This document shows, one piece after another, positions 29,201 through 47,140 of a stretch of 64,000 nucleotides of DNA. The stretch is from contig NC_092676.1 in assembly GCF_964355755.1 (NCBI RefSeq), forward strand, positions 7,293,888-7,357,887, read 5' to 3'. The DNA is from Antedon mediterranea (taxonomy: Eukaryota > Animalia > Echinodermata). The notes under the pieces were generated by a model. The model saw nothing but the letters and a program-made list of their open reading frames with translations. It ran no database searches and was not told the DNA's origin. The first letter of the stretch is position 1. Each line of letters begins with the position of its first letter. The translations under genes and the position numbers were made by a program.

Positions 29201-32175
29201 GGAGAGTAACCAATAAATATTATTATTACAGTATTATTCTTATTATCAATGATATTTAAATGGCCTAATGTCATCAAGGCAGTGAGTGATGATGTGACTA
29301 GGCTAAAGCTCTATAAAATATCATAAAGCACTGTCTACACTATCAAATTGTGCTGTGCCCATATAATATGGATATGATGGCGTCATATCACTACCCTATT
29401 TGGGTATATCACTACCATTATGGGCACATCACACTTTTGTTGTCAAACTAGTTTGATACAGTAGTGTAGACAGAGCTTAAGAAAGATTGAGATTGTAGCT
29501 GTGGTCAGTGAAATATGTCTAAAAAGGCTTAAAACGTCCGAGGCCTCTAGCGTGAGTGGGGCCACTTTTGGTGCCTAAACCAGGGGCTCAGGCATTTGTG
29601 TATGCCACTGATTAAAACATTGAAAATTGACAAGAATATATGAATTCACAGACAGCAATCTAATGTTTCTTATCTTACACAGTAATTTGTGAAAGTACAA
29701 TACTAAACTGATTATTAGGCTCTTATCCCTACTTGCATTAATAAACAATAGACAATAATTGTAGTAAACAATAGACAATAATTGTAGTAAACAAAAGCAT
29801 ACTTTAAAGATATATTGTCCCCCTAAAAAAATATTTTATTTAAATTTTTTTGTTGAATATGTTATTTTAATGTCACATAATAATTATTCACTCTCACAAA
29901 AAATTGGGTCTGAAAAAAATTTATTTACCTGAGAAAAATGTAATTTAAAGCAAAAAATGGTCAAATTGTCTGGAAGACAATGAGTTTTTCGGTAATTTAA
30001 CTGTTTATTTTGTCTTTTTATAGGTGAAATAATTTTTTCCCCCGTTTTCTTTCTTATGGAAGTGAACAACTTCATTAAAACTGCAAAATGGCCTATTCAA
30101 AGTCCGATTTTAAAAATATTAATTTTTCATGATTTTGGGGGACAATACATCTTTAAAGTAATTTTTTTAAACAAACACACTAACTACTGTACACTATTAA
30201 ACATTCTTATCTATAATTGAATACAGAGAATGCAATAATATAGTCTGACTTGTATTGAGTTTGTCTCGTTAATTCTATAACAATACTTCAACAAATTGTG
30301 AAAAACAATGCACATTTAATACTACATTATGGCCTATTCTTTGAATATTTAAATGTTTAATGAGATTATTCAGTCATCAAAGTGTATTGTTCTGTTTAAC
30401 AAACACTATAATGAGTATGTTGCATTGTATCTCTGATTACACATATTGTTCCAGGATCTTATAATTCAATCACACCCTCTTTGGAACACAGAATGGAATT
30501 GTGAATTAGTTAGGGCCTTTGACATTTCTTTGAAATGAATTAAATTAAACCACGCTCTCAGTTACTCTAACATATTCCAAAATATCTGCAATCATGAACA
30601 AAAAATCATGTATTTTAGGAATATAGGCTTAGTAAGTGTAAACCCAATCATATTCATATCAATCTATATTTAATATATTAATATATTATTATTACTATTA
30701 TTAGTATTATTATTAGTATTAAACCATATACAGTATACCTCCATGATTAAACCAATTTGATGGTTTCTTACTTCAATCTTATTAAAACAATGGCGCTAGT
30801 TCCGTTTCGCACCTGTTTTTATTTCGACTTCCTTTTGACTCCAAATTGTTAAGCAACTTATTGTGAATACCACACCTTAAAATTGGGCCTCATGAGTACT
30901 TTTATGAAGAAGAATCACATAAAAAGTAACAAATAAATCCTTAAATTGATGATTTTACAGACATGATTCTCGCATACCGTTTGCGAATTTAGCTTACTCG
31001 AAGTTCAATATTTTCGTTTCTATGGAGCGCCAAAAGAGCAACAACAATAGATGGTTAAAAACTCAGTGGAATGCGTCTTGATGCATTTATTATTGAAATA
31101 CACGTTTAATTTTAATATATTTTGTCAATAAAAAAAATGCTGTAACATTTTAATACTAATAATTTGCTGTTTTCAAATAGCAACCAAACCTAGGCCTAAC
31201 TAAGAGTAAGACTATAGCCTAGACTAAGAGGAATATTATTTAGATTAGTATCACTATCACTATCAGGTATACTGTACCCCTACATACAGCAGTACATGTA
31301 ATATGATGATGAATTTGTCGATTTTCATTCCTAAAAGTTCCTGCAAAAACCATGTACAGTATCAACAGTAATATTTTTGTTGCATTGACATTGATAAAAT
31401 ATGATAAAATTGAACGTAATTTTCACCAATAAATGCAATAAATATACGCAATTTACTGAGTTTTTAGCCCTCTATTATGATTGCTCTTTTGGCGCTCCAT
31501 AGAAACACCAACATTGAACATGGAGTATGCGAAATTCACAAACCGATGTGCGAGAAACACGTCTGTCAATTCATCAATTTATAGGATTTATTTTTTACTT
31601 TTTGTGTGATCTCCTTCGTAAAAGTATTTTTGAGGCCTAATTCTAAGGTGTGGTACTCATGATAAAGTTACTTAACCAATTTTGAGTCGAAATAAACGAC
31701 AGGTGCGAAACGGAACTAGCGCCAAAACAATTTGGAACAAATATTTCATGCATTTTTTTTAAAAATATTTATATACTAGGTCTAGGTAGGCTAGATAGTA
31801 TATTAAACACAGGCGTAAACACGTTTGCGTTATTTAATATCATTATCATGTTATCTACATCTACCGAGGTCACACACACTGCTGAATGGGCCTCCTTCAT
31901 GCAGCCGATGCTGTCTGTCCTCTTCCCCTAAACTCTAAAAGGTTTGAGGAGAGAGAGCTAGGGCCTAGCTATTACTAGTATTTTGGGCTAGGCTAGCCGC
32001 TAGCTAGTAGGCCTACCCTGCCTAGCTAGGCATAATAAACTGAGCCTCCTTGTTGGTAGGCCTATATAGCATTTTCAGTCAGAGAAGAACAACTGACAAA
32101 TAAATTATGTATATTTACAGTTTTCGGTCGTTTTAAAATTGCATTCTTTTCACACAATCCACAAGAAATCGGCAT
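20249..32175 (-). CDS. CTU1: Cytoplasmic tRNA 2-thiolation protein 1 (exon 1 32175-32119, a 7.4-kb intron, then exons 24682-24559, 24282-24164, 23972-23916, 23498-23441, 23167-23090, 22864-22823, 22358-22309, 21907-21843, 21732-21608, 21196-21048, 20666-20630, 20338-20249)
   Basis: PP-loop GASGGKDS, plus [55 protein letters not shown] and C-terminal ADF*. Confidence 0.95.
24878..25230. repeat. 21-bp minisatellite (catttgggcatatcactacca) of ~16-17 near-identical units inside a MITE
   Basis: Directly visible; bounded by the MITE TIRs at about 24802 and 25275. Confidence 0.95.
26782..27407. mobile_element. Second Kolobok-like element nested inside the AGATGTATTGTCCC element; a related element lies at about 62483-62788
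   Basis: TTAA duplicated at 26778-26781 and 27408-27411; imperfect TIR agccccattccctac...gcagggaaggggtct; the host element resumes exactly after the insert. Confidence 0.75.
30792..31723. mobile_element. Long-TIR non-autonomous DNA transposon, Merlin- or Mutator-like
   Basis: ~250-bp inverted arms starting ggcgctagttccgtttcgcacctg; 8-bp TSD aaaacaat at 30784-30791 and 31724-31731. Confidence 0.8.
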
Positions 32176-33261
32176 TTTATCTGAAGGTATTTGGCCCTTG
32201 TGAATTATCATATAATACACATGTCAAGACGCGTCGTCTGCTTACGATATGTTGTGAAATCAAAAGATTGGCAGAATGTTCCAAATTTGCAACCCTTTCC
32301 AACACTGCACTCGTACTGTAACGCTGTGTGTGTATAATACAGGAAAAATGAATATTTTAAAATAGTATATTATCCTTTATTATCCTTCCTATAGGAGTTT
32401 ATAAATGGCGTTCCGTAATTTAATTTTGTTGATATAAAAGTAGGCCTTAATATGTATTGTCCCCTTGAAAAAATAATTCTTAAATTTGTTGTATGGCATT
32501 TTAATGTCGCGTAATAAAAAAAAAATGGATAGAAAAAAAATATTTACCTGAGAGAACTTTAATCTAAAGGGAAAAATAGTCAAATTGGTTGCCATCCTGC
32601 TAATATGTTTTTGGTTGAATTTAACCATTTATTTTGTCATTTTATAAGTCAAAACAAATTTTTTTTTCTACAGAAGTATAACTTTATTCAAACTACAAAA
32701 TAATCTATTCAAAGTATGATTTAATTAATCTTCATTTTTCATGTCTTTGGAAGACAATATATCTTAAAGAAAAGAAAATGTAATAATTATGTTATTATTA
32801 AATTTTTTGTTAATTTTATTGGCAGGTAGCCTAAACAACTTTTTTGTAACGGCACGATTATCATTTAGCTTTGATAGTTGTGGAACAGTAATTGTTTATG
32901 TACAAAACAAAAATCTTAATCGCGGTCATTCTTAACAATTACTATTATTATTTTGTTTTATCTATTGTCTCACCATATGGCAACACTTTGGCCTATACAT
33001 ACAGCAAACGTCGTACGCATGCGTTGCTCGTATTATAAGTTTCCTGACCAATCATGCAAGCTTGTTTTCTCCAGTCACGGATAATTATTTTTAAACAATA
33101 GATTGAAAATCTGTGATAGACACAAATCCTATGGTGGATTGAAGATTTGTGATTCTCAGTTTTTCTTTATTAAAATGTTGCCAGGGGCGAAGATTAAAGA
33201 GACTATTTAAACTCACAGCAACAACAGGAGGACATTTTATTCACTTTAACTTTGATAGCTG

Positions 33262-34089
33262 ATGATAGTAGGCCTTGGAAATAAAAAGCGGGACAAAATA
33301 AGTTCGCAGATGTCTAAATCTGAGTTTGGAACCACAACCATGGTCGAGCAGCAGCAGCAGCAGCAACACATTAGTTTTGATAGGGAAGCTGATCCCGTTT
33401 CTTCCAATATAATGACAGAAGAAAGAAAACAATTCGTTAACATTTGTGATTTCGATCAAGAGCCATATAGAGTAAGACGAAAGACAAGATCTGAAAGTGA
33501 AAATGAGAAAAAAGATAATGCACTATCCGAAGAAGATCAGCATGTATTGAGAATGAAAATAAACAGTCGAGAGAGAAAACGAATGCATGATTTGAACTCA
33601 GCGCTAGACAACCTGAGAGAGGTGATGCCGTATGCCAACGGTCCTTCGGTTAGGAAGCTGTCAAAGATTTCTACACTGATGCTAGCTAGAAACTATATCA
33701 TAATGTTGAACAACAGCGTGGATGAGCTGAAAAGGTTACTCGGCGAAGTGTACCACCAGAGAGAACAACCTCCTGCTAGACTACCATCCCAGAGGACGAC
33801 GCCGGCGGATCGACAGCGGGTGAGTCCCATTCTGCATCCAACAGCAATAATCGCACGTCCACCACCACTAGGCAGATCATCTTTGTCGCCTCAGAAGTCT
33901 CCACATTCAGCTCCGGACGGACGCTATTCCGCAATGGACAAACCTACGCCCGGGTCTACGCCGTTATCCTCGCCACACAAAATGACAGTACCCTCGTCGT
34001 GGTCTGGTATTTGTTCCTGTTCTCATTGTACGAATCCCCGAATGAGCGCATTTTTAAAAGTTAAACCAGCCAAGAAAGACGAAGTATAG
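33262..34089 (+). CDS. Olig: Olig-family bHLH transcription factor (Olig2/3-like), intronless; the true start may be the ATG at 33310
   Basis: [51 protein letters not shown] matches the Olig bHLH; C-terminal CxCxxC (CSCSHC); short polyQ. Confidence 0.9.
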   Translation: MIVGLGNKKRDKISSQMSKSEFGTTTMVEQQQQQQHISFDREADPVSSNIMTEERKQFVNICDFDQEPYRVRRKTRSESENEKKDNALSEEDQHVLRMKINSRERKRMHDLNSALDNLREVMPYANGPSVRKLSKISTLMLARNYIIMLNNSVDELKRLLGEVYHQREQPPARLPSQRTTPADRQRVSPILHPTAIIARPPPLGRSSLSPQKSPHSAPDGRYSAMDKPTPGSTPLSSPHKMTVPSSWSGICSCSHCTNPRMSAFLKVKPAKKDEV

Positions 34090-34762
34090 TTTTTACAGAC
34101 AATTTTTGAGACAATTAGGCCTAATTGAATAATGCGGACAATGTTAGGATATATTTCCAGGTACATTCTCTCGTTATGCCTATACCATGGAACGAGATTG
34201 ACGAGAAAGTGAACCATACATTAAATACGAGTAACTCTTCTTTAAATGTCTAAAAAAGCAGAACTGATAATCATATAATGTCTATGATAGGCCTATATGT
34301 GAAACAAATGTGATGCTATATTAGGGAATTTTCCTATGATACTGGAAGAATGTGAAACAGTACCGAGAACCGGTGTGATATAACAATTACCGTACCATAA
34401 GAAAAGTATGAAAGAAACATTGCTCAAACGTAATTCAACGTTAAGCCCTTTAACTAAATAGGACAAAGGTTAAAAACGTAAATTTAGGTAAAGATACTAT
34501 TGATAATTTCTAACGAATGAAACCATTTTAATACGGTAACATATCAGGTAATTGGAATTTGCTATTTTTCACTTAAAATGTTAAGTCTCATTTGGCTCGT
34601 CTCGTCTTAGGTCGCTAGATTATCATTTTGATATAAATTCTTCCCATTATAATTTAGATATTTTAATTTGTAATATAATGTAAATTGACATAGTGATGAG
34701 TTATGAGATATTAAAGAAATTGACGTTAACATTATTCTTTTCTATTGAATCTTATCAGAATG

Positions 34763-34880
34763 GTGATGGGGGTGACTGTCGCGCGTACATCGCGTTGTTG
34801 TCGCGCGTGATGGGGGGTGACTGTCACGCGTACATCGCGTTGTTGTCGCGCGTGATGGGAGTGACTGTCGCGCGTACATA
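34763..34880. repeat. GC/CpG-rich ~45-bp tandem repeat (about 2.6 copies) downstream of Olig
   Basis: gtgatggggg(g)tgactgtcgcgcgtacatcgcgttgttgtcgcgc is repeated. Confidence 0.85.
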
Positions 34881-37530
34881 GCCTATACTTAAAGCATAAA
34901 AACCAATTAAGATTAGGCCTAATAAAATCAAACTTTGACTAAAGTGAATAACTATTATGGACATTAAAATGACATTAAAAGAAATATAAATGGACAATTA
35001 TTTTTTAAAGATGTATTGTCCCCTTGAAAAAATAATTCTTACAAAAGTTTTTGTTGAATATTCCATTTTAATGTAACATAATAGTTATCCACTTTGACCA
35101 AAAATTGGATCGAAAAAAAATGTATTTACCTGAAAAAAATGCAATTTAAAGCAAAAAATGGTCAAATTGGCTGCCAGACAATGGATTTTTGGGTGAATTT
35201 AAACTTTTATCATGTTATTTTATAAGTGAAAACATAATTTGTTCCCGTTTTTTTTTCTACGGAAGTGATTCCCTTTATTAAAACTATAAAATAACATATT
35301 CAAAGTATGATTTAATTAATCTTCATTGTTCATGTTTTTGGGGGACAATACATCTTTAAGCTGGACAATTATTATCTGTAATCTTATCTTCAACAAGAAA
35401 TAATTAAAAAAATGCCTGCTCTCCAAAAAATTAAAATAATCATATGGTTCAATTTTATATTGATACATTGCTATATTTTAATTGGAAAAGTTAATGCGTC
35501 GTAAAAAGTCAATGACCTCAAACGTCATCCTCATGGGTGTCATCATAAATAAATAGTCGCATCACAATTTTCTTGATGACATTTTAGACCATTGGAATAT
35601 CATGGACCTATACAATCATAGAGCTCTGTCTATACTATGAAACTTATGTGCTGTGCCATATGGACATGACATCATATCACTACACACAAATTTGCGTATA
35701 CACTACCATAGCCTATTTGGTCACATCACAGTTTTTTGTTTAAAAAATATTTAGGCCAAACAAACTTATGTGCTGTGCCATATGGACATGACATCATATA
35801 TCACTACACACAAATTTGCGTATACACTACCATAGCCTATTTGGCCACATCACAGTTTTTTGTTTCAAAAATATTTAGGCCAAACAAACTTATGTGCTGT
35901 GCCATATGGACATGACATCATATATCTCTACACACAAATTTGCGTATACACTACTAGCCTATTAATTTTGGGCACATCACAGTTTTTTGTGTCAAAAATA
36001 TTTAGGCCAAAAATGCTGCACTATCAACTGGATTGGAATATTAGACTCTACAGTAGACATAGAGTTAATATTGAAGTATAAACAAAGTAATATAGTTGTT
36101 TCGAAATGCCATTTGTTTATTGCGAGATCATAACCTCGTAATTTGCATAACAAAAAATAAACACGTGCGATAGAAAATAGACCACGTGCACGAGGGTATT
36201 GCCCGGAATATTAGCTAAAACCTTGTCCCTAGTGGTTCTAGTTCCATATGCTAGTAAATCTACCGTAGCTAATTTGTTTCACATTTCGATGACAAATTTG
36301 TTTATGAAATTAAATAGAGGCAGCTTTAACAACCCCATGGTCGTGGGTTCTAATCCAAGATATCACTATTCTAGAATGTAACGATTGATTGTTTTCATTG
36401 ACGAAGTAGCGTGAAATACACTATTTAGTATGGCTTTGTATATCATGTTGTAAGAAATGTGCAAGATGAACAGTGCAACGTGTTAAGCTCTGTCTACACT
36501 ATTAAAACTAGTTTGACGAGCCCAAATATGGTAGTGATATGCCCAAATACGGTAGTGATATGACAGTCATGTCCATATATGGGCACATCACATTTTTTGT
36601 CGCATACAGTTTGATAGTGTAGACGGCTTTAAAAACGATTTTTTTTAATCGATTTTGGTAGGCAAACTCCAATCCTGCATACATAAAATGAAAACAAGAT
36701 TACTATTCCTGTATTTAATTATACTTTGCCATGATTTATACAATATTTTTAAAAAGCTTTTGCAATTTTGGCAATCAAGGTCTACCAATAGTATCTTTAA
36801 TTTGCTAATTCAATATAAATATACAAACATTATACTGTATAATGATCAAATTATTTCATTAATTACAAGTCATAATTAATGAGAAACAAGTAATATATGT
36901 GGTTCCCACTAGACACTGTACAATTGTTTAACCTTATAGTAGTCATAGGGCGCTTTAAGTGCAATTATCACTGTGTTATTTTTATGTCTGAGGACCCCAA
37001 TTGAAATAAGTTTTCTTTTAAACTTTCTTTGGTTATTCCTCGGTTCATTCTTTTAATATTGTTATCTTGTGCTTTTTTTCTGTTATGTTTGTCTTTGTAT
37101 TTTTGAGTGAACCGAATAAAACTGAACTGAACTGAACGCGACACAACGACGTACAAACGCAACGCAAGGGATTTGACCAATCACAAGCGATAAATTATTC
37201 GATGTGTCGCTTGTCATTGGTCAACTCGCTTGCGTTGCGTCTACGTCCTTGCGTTGCGTCTCTAGTGGGAACCAAGCTTTACTGGCTATTACTTCGCTTG
37301 TCATTGGTCAACACGCTTGCGCTGCGTTTACGTCCCTGCGTTACGTTCTAGTGGGAACCAAACTTTAATGATTACAAAACAGTTAGCTAAAAACAATCTA
37401 TTGCACACATTTACTTTTTCTTTAGTCACATGACTCACAGTAAAACAAGTAAATCATTTGAAGAAGTAACTTCTACAGCTTCAGCTTTGTCTTTTATACA
37501 TTTGACAATTAATGTGATAATGGCTAGTTA

Positions 37531-37738
37531 AAGCCTGTTTTCCAGTCGACGTTATTCGACGCTATCGTTAACAATAATTGGCAATCTTCTACGTTAACAA
37601 TGAAATGTTAACGATTTACAGGAAAAGGTACTCGCTATGGTTATCATTTCAACTTGATCGTTTTCAAACGATCATTGTTGAACTGTTAACGATCAACGAC
37701 GATAGCGTCGAATAACGTCGACAGAAAAACAGGCTTTA
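37531..37738. mobile_element. Palindromic MITE, Harbinger-like
   Basis: agcctgttttccagtcgacgttattcgacgctatcgtt...aacgacgatagcgtcgaataacgtcgacagaaaacaggct with TAA/TTA flanks. Confidence 0.7.
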
Positions 37739-38143
37739 GTTCTAATATCTTATTGTACACAGCTTGTGAACAATAATACAGCTACGTAGAGGACACTGAC
37801 CCAAGCGGCAAAAATCTACCCTACGATCTATACTCACTACTTAAACAATGACATAGCATTAATATATTGTTTGCATGGTGAAATTAATATGTTGATATAG
37901 TTTGCAGTAAACCATGTGTATAATAGATCTGAAAAGAACTGTTAGGTTGCTTGACGTTTTGAAAAATTTTCTTTGATCGTCGTCAGGAGTGAGAAGGGGG
38001 AACAGTTCTTTTCAGAACTATGCATATATACGTGTTGTAAAGCAAACTTTATATCAACATAACATTACTTAATTTAAACTACATTTAAATATCCTCTCCA
38101 CTATATAAAATTTCATTTTCTTTTTATTTTTCACCATTTCTTC

Positions 38144-43215
<5,072 letters not shown>

Positions 43216-43842
43216 TTTTAAAAGTAGAATACAACTTAGCTCGTACTCCCGCTCTTGTCTCAACAAAACAGTGTGGCCCAGCGATCGAAATGAAATTATG
43301 CTAGGTGGCAGCATAAAATTATGCCAGATGATGCCAGACACAATATTAAGGCTAAAATTGCACCAAAACAGTGTATAAGAGGGCGGTGTATGTGTATGTT
43401 TTATGTACCACAAAGGTGGGAAGCAAAACAAAAAGGGTCTTCAGGTTTTCGGTCAAATTTGCTAGATTGTGTACAAACTATGCCAGATTTGTTTGCAATT
43501 ATGCCAGATAATATGCTATTAAATCGTGCTGAATATGCTGTAGATTTGCGTTTTTCAAATTATGCCAGATTATGCCAGATTTTCTCAAATTATGCCTAGC
43601 AATATTAAATGCCAGATGCCAGATGGGTCAAAATTATTATTTCCCGGAGGTTCATATAGAACATCAAGGCCCGCATCAAGTCCACGGACACCCCTCCCCC
43701 TATTTTAAATGTGCCCTTTTTTAGAGGTTCAATTATCTTAATCGTGTAATGGGGGGGGGGGGGGGTCGTTAACGTGATCTTGTTTGTCTGGTTAGCGTGA
43801 TGCTCTCGGGCACGCATGATCTTACGAAGTTATCATGATATC

Positions 43843-43984
43843 AAATACCCGCACACAATAATACGAGGATGCAATTCCCATTTAGGCCTATGACACCTAT
43901 GTGACGCAAATATTATTTGCTTCACATAGGTATCATTCATAGGTAAATGCGAAGCATTATCGTATTATTGTGTTCGGGTATTTT
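43843..43984. mobile_element. Small palindromic MITE-like inverted repeat
   Basis: aatacccgcacacaataatacga...tcgtattattgtgttcgggtatt. Confidence 0.6.
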
Positions 43985-44219
43985 CAAGATGGACATCCAT
44001 TAGACAGTGTATATAGGCTCACCATGATCGGAAAACACCCGGCCCGGCCCTATTTGGGGCAAATCGAACCTAAATTCGTCAATACCTAATTATCTAACTC
44101 AATTTAATTAGTAGGGTTAGTGGTTAAAATCAGAACCGAACCAATTATATATAGGCCTACCATCGGGTAAACATTCTAGATCCGCGATTTACCGAATTTT
44201 ACCCTTACTTAAATTTATA

Positions 44220-44402
44220 TATAATACACCTGCACAAAATGTAGGCCTTAGTAGCCCATACAATGTGAATGCATTTGTCGCTTTTATGCGTTCCAGTAAA
44301 ATCATCTTACGTCACAGTGACGTACACAATTTACTTTTATGTTAAAGTCGTCACACGTGTTAGGCCTACTTATGTCACGCTGTGTATCAAGATTTTGCCT
44401 AT
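44220..44402 (+). repeat. ~180-bp direct repeat, copy 1 (copy 2 at about 47600-47778)
   Basis: tacacctgcacaaaatgtaggccttagta...gtatcaagattttgcctat occurs twice in the same orientation. Confidence 0.9.
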
Positions 44403-44509
44403 AATTATGATAAATAATACATAACACATTCTTCAGTTAAAATAGATAATCATATTTATTTGTTGGTCAATCATATATTATTTGAAACAGCATAAGTTTT
44501 AAAGCAATA

Positions 44510-46251
44510 CTAATTTTGATTCTTCTTGAAATTAAAAAATTCGAATTCAATGTGATCAATTAAGTCTTTGATGGCTGGTCTTTGGTTTGGTCTGGAATGA
44601 AGGCAGGGTCCGCTGATATTCATTAGCGGCATTAATGCTTTGTTGGCGGCAATTCCTTCAATTATGACACCAAAACTGTAGATGTCTGAGGCAAAGGTCG
44701 GTGGTGTGTTGATGTTATACAGCTCTGGTGCATTTTCTGGCTGATCTTGCATGAGGTCGAAGACATCGGCTTTGTCGGTATTATTCAATTGGAAGACATC
44801 AAACGATGCTTCTGCGGTGCAAACTGAACCAAAGTCGACAATTTTTGCAGAGATACGGGGACCCTTATTGTAAATAAGAACATTCCGAGTTGCCAGGTCA
44901 TTATGAATCAAACCATTCCTCTGAATTACCTCAACTCCTTTTGCGATGTCAAAAATAATGCGAAAACAATCAATCGTGGTAATATGTGGTGAACCAGATG
45001 CTAAAGCTTTCATCAATGATGTTGATTTGAATGTTGAGTCGCCAACAAATTCCATAACAATGGCCCACTGTGTGTCGGAGGTAACTGCTTCACAAACACC
45101 ATAAACCCATGGAAACACGTCGCTTTTTTGGGATAACACCTTCATTATCCTAGCTTCAAGGGAAACTGCCAGCTTGTCGGCGAACCGATTGAATTTTCTA
45201 GACTTATTGGTTGTTGTGATGATAGCCTTAACAGCCACAAGTTTGCCGTCTCCAAGGCGATTAAGCAAAACTCTGCCATAGGAACCAGTGCCAAGTACTA
45301 TCTATAAAGTAAACACGTATACAATAATTTAAAATGTTTCTTTCTGTCATAAAAACATTTAAAGATTATCTGTCAAAAGCTTTGATTGAAGTGTTGAACA
45401 TTTCAAATTCAATTAAACCTACCTGGTGACTATCCTTCGTTGCTGGATACAGGCAATCAGATGGCAAACATTGAACATGGTTTTTAAGATTTGCATCCAT
45501 TATCCGAATTTCAATTGACATGCGTTTTATCCAGTGTTCTGAAGTTGGAGAAGTCTTGAAGTCTTGTTTGCTCCAAGTGTTACTGAACAATGATTCATCG
45601 TTATGGTGATTGCTACATCTTGGTGATGAGGTCAGTGGGCTAGACAGACTTATGTGGATGTTACTGTCCCTTCCATCTAGTGTGTATCCAATTGCCGGTA
45701 CATTATTGATAACGTCCAGGAGGCACCATTTTCTTATCCAGTTAAGAGCTAGCATTGAGTCAGGTTCGCCGTTTCTACGTCCAAAGACGCGTCCATCCAG
45801 AATTAGGAGATCTCTTGCAAATCCACATATTATACCAAATGGCAATTCTTGGTTATCGTATCCGATGGCCGATGTTTGGGGCAGGGTGAGAATAGCAATT
45901 CCATAAATGATTTGGATAATTGCTATTCTCAATGCAGGTGGTACGCTCAACCAGGTTTGAAATGATGTTTGATCATTGTCATCATCGTTGCCATTGTAGA
46001 AACAACACAGGACATATTTACTGAAAAAGCCTGAAATGGCTGACCGGCTGAAAATTAAACAAAAATATTTCGTTATTGTATTTTTGGGGTTTTTTAATCA
46101 TCATAATAATCATTATACTTCGTCATACGTTTTCATACAATTTTTTTCTCTGCTGAAAAAAACAGAATTGACTGTATGTAACATACCTGTTCTTAAAGCA
46201 TTTTTTGGGTTTCCAAGTTTTAAAAGGGGTTTTCCAGAACCTTCCAGGCAT
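44510..46251 (-). CDS. Membrane-anchored protein kinase, TK/TKL-like and non-RD, ~493 aa (coding exons 46251-46187, 46047-45423, 45301-44510; probable 5'UTR exons near 46716-46670 and 47070-46977)
   Basis: GTGSYG loop, VAVK, HNDLATRN, DFG, APE and DIYSFG; hydrophobic stretch ALRIAIIQIIYGIAILTLP; exon phases add up to an open frame. Confidence 0.78.
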
Positions 46252-47064
46252 CTGTGAAACAAAAAGGACACATGGTACAGTAATGCGTAGGCTTAAATCC
46301 ATGTTACGATAGACTGCTAAGGTTCGTGTTACTTCGACCGCTGCCCCATATACAAATGCAAGATGCCCTATTAACTACACTTACACTTAATGTTTGAAGG
46401 TATTATTTCAGGTTAGTGCCTATTTGCTTCTATGTCTAGTCCTAACAATGTCAAGTCTCGACTTAAATGTATTGACTGAGGGAGATTGAATAACTGACTA
46501 GGGCCGGGCAGGGCATTCCAATTTTTTATTATTCTGATAGAAAAAGGGGTTTTTCTTCACTAAACTAATTCTCTATTTATGAATAAAACAGTCTTTGTTA
46601 ATACAATATCTGCGCCATATACAAATAAATGCCCTATAAATAATGAATATTATTTAAAATATTGCTTACCTCTAGTAGTCTAGAAGGTTTAAGTAGAAAA
46701 ACAGAAAGTATTCAATCTAAAATACAAAACGGAAATATGTTTTAATCATTATCAACTCCAATTGATGCTTGATTCTTGAATCGAATATACCAGGAGAAAC
46801 AACCAAGTGAAACGTGTTTCTAAGTGTGCCTAAAAAGTCAGACGGGGTTTTGATTCTTTCTCTCAGTTGTTATAAGCTCTAAACTGATTCATATCCAAGC
46901 GAATTGAAGTATTTAACATTTGAATTAAGTATACATTATATTGTAGTATAATAATAAACAATAAGTAGAAACTTACTGAGCTTTGTAGAGTCCGTGTTCA
47001 CTCTTGAAAATTCATCCAAGTTATGTTTTGTTTAGTTGTCATGCAGTTCCTCATGGAAACATCG

Positions 47065-47140
47065 TTACCTTGGCACAAGCGCGCGCGTAAGGAAGTGTGC
47101 ATGAAGAAAGCGGAAATGCGTTACGCGTACGGCTAGCAAC
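47065..47140. promoter_or_regulatory. Putative bidirectional promoter of the two kinase genes
   Basis: Local CpG-rich patch with gcgcgcgcg and ETS-like ggaagt/cggaaat. Splice donors point outward on both sides (minus GTAAGT at ~46976, plus GTAAAG at ~47180). Confidence 0.55.

Noticed and set aside
45610-45906. 98-aa plus-strand ORF
   Set aside because: Antisense shadow of the membrane-kinase exon.
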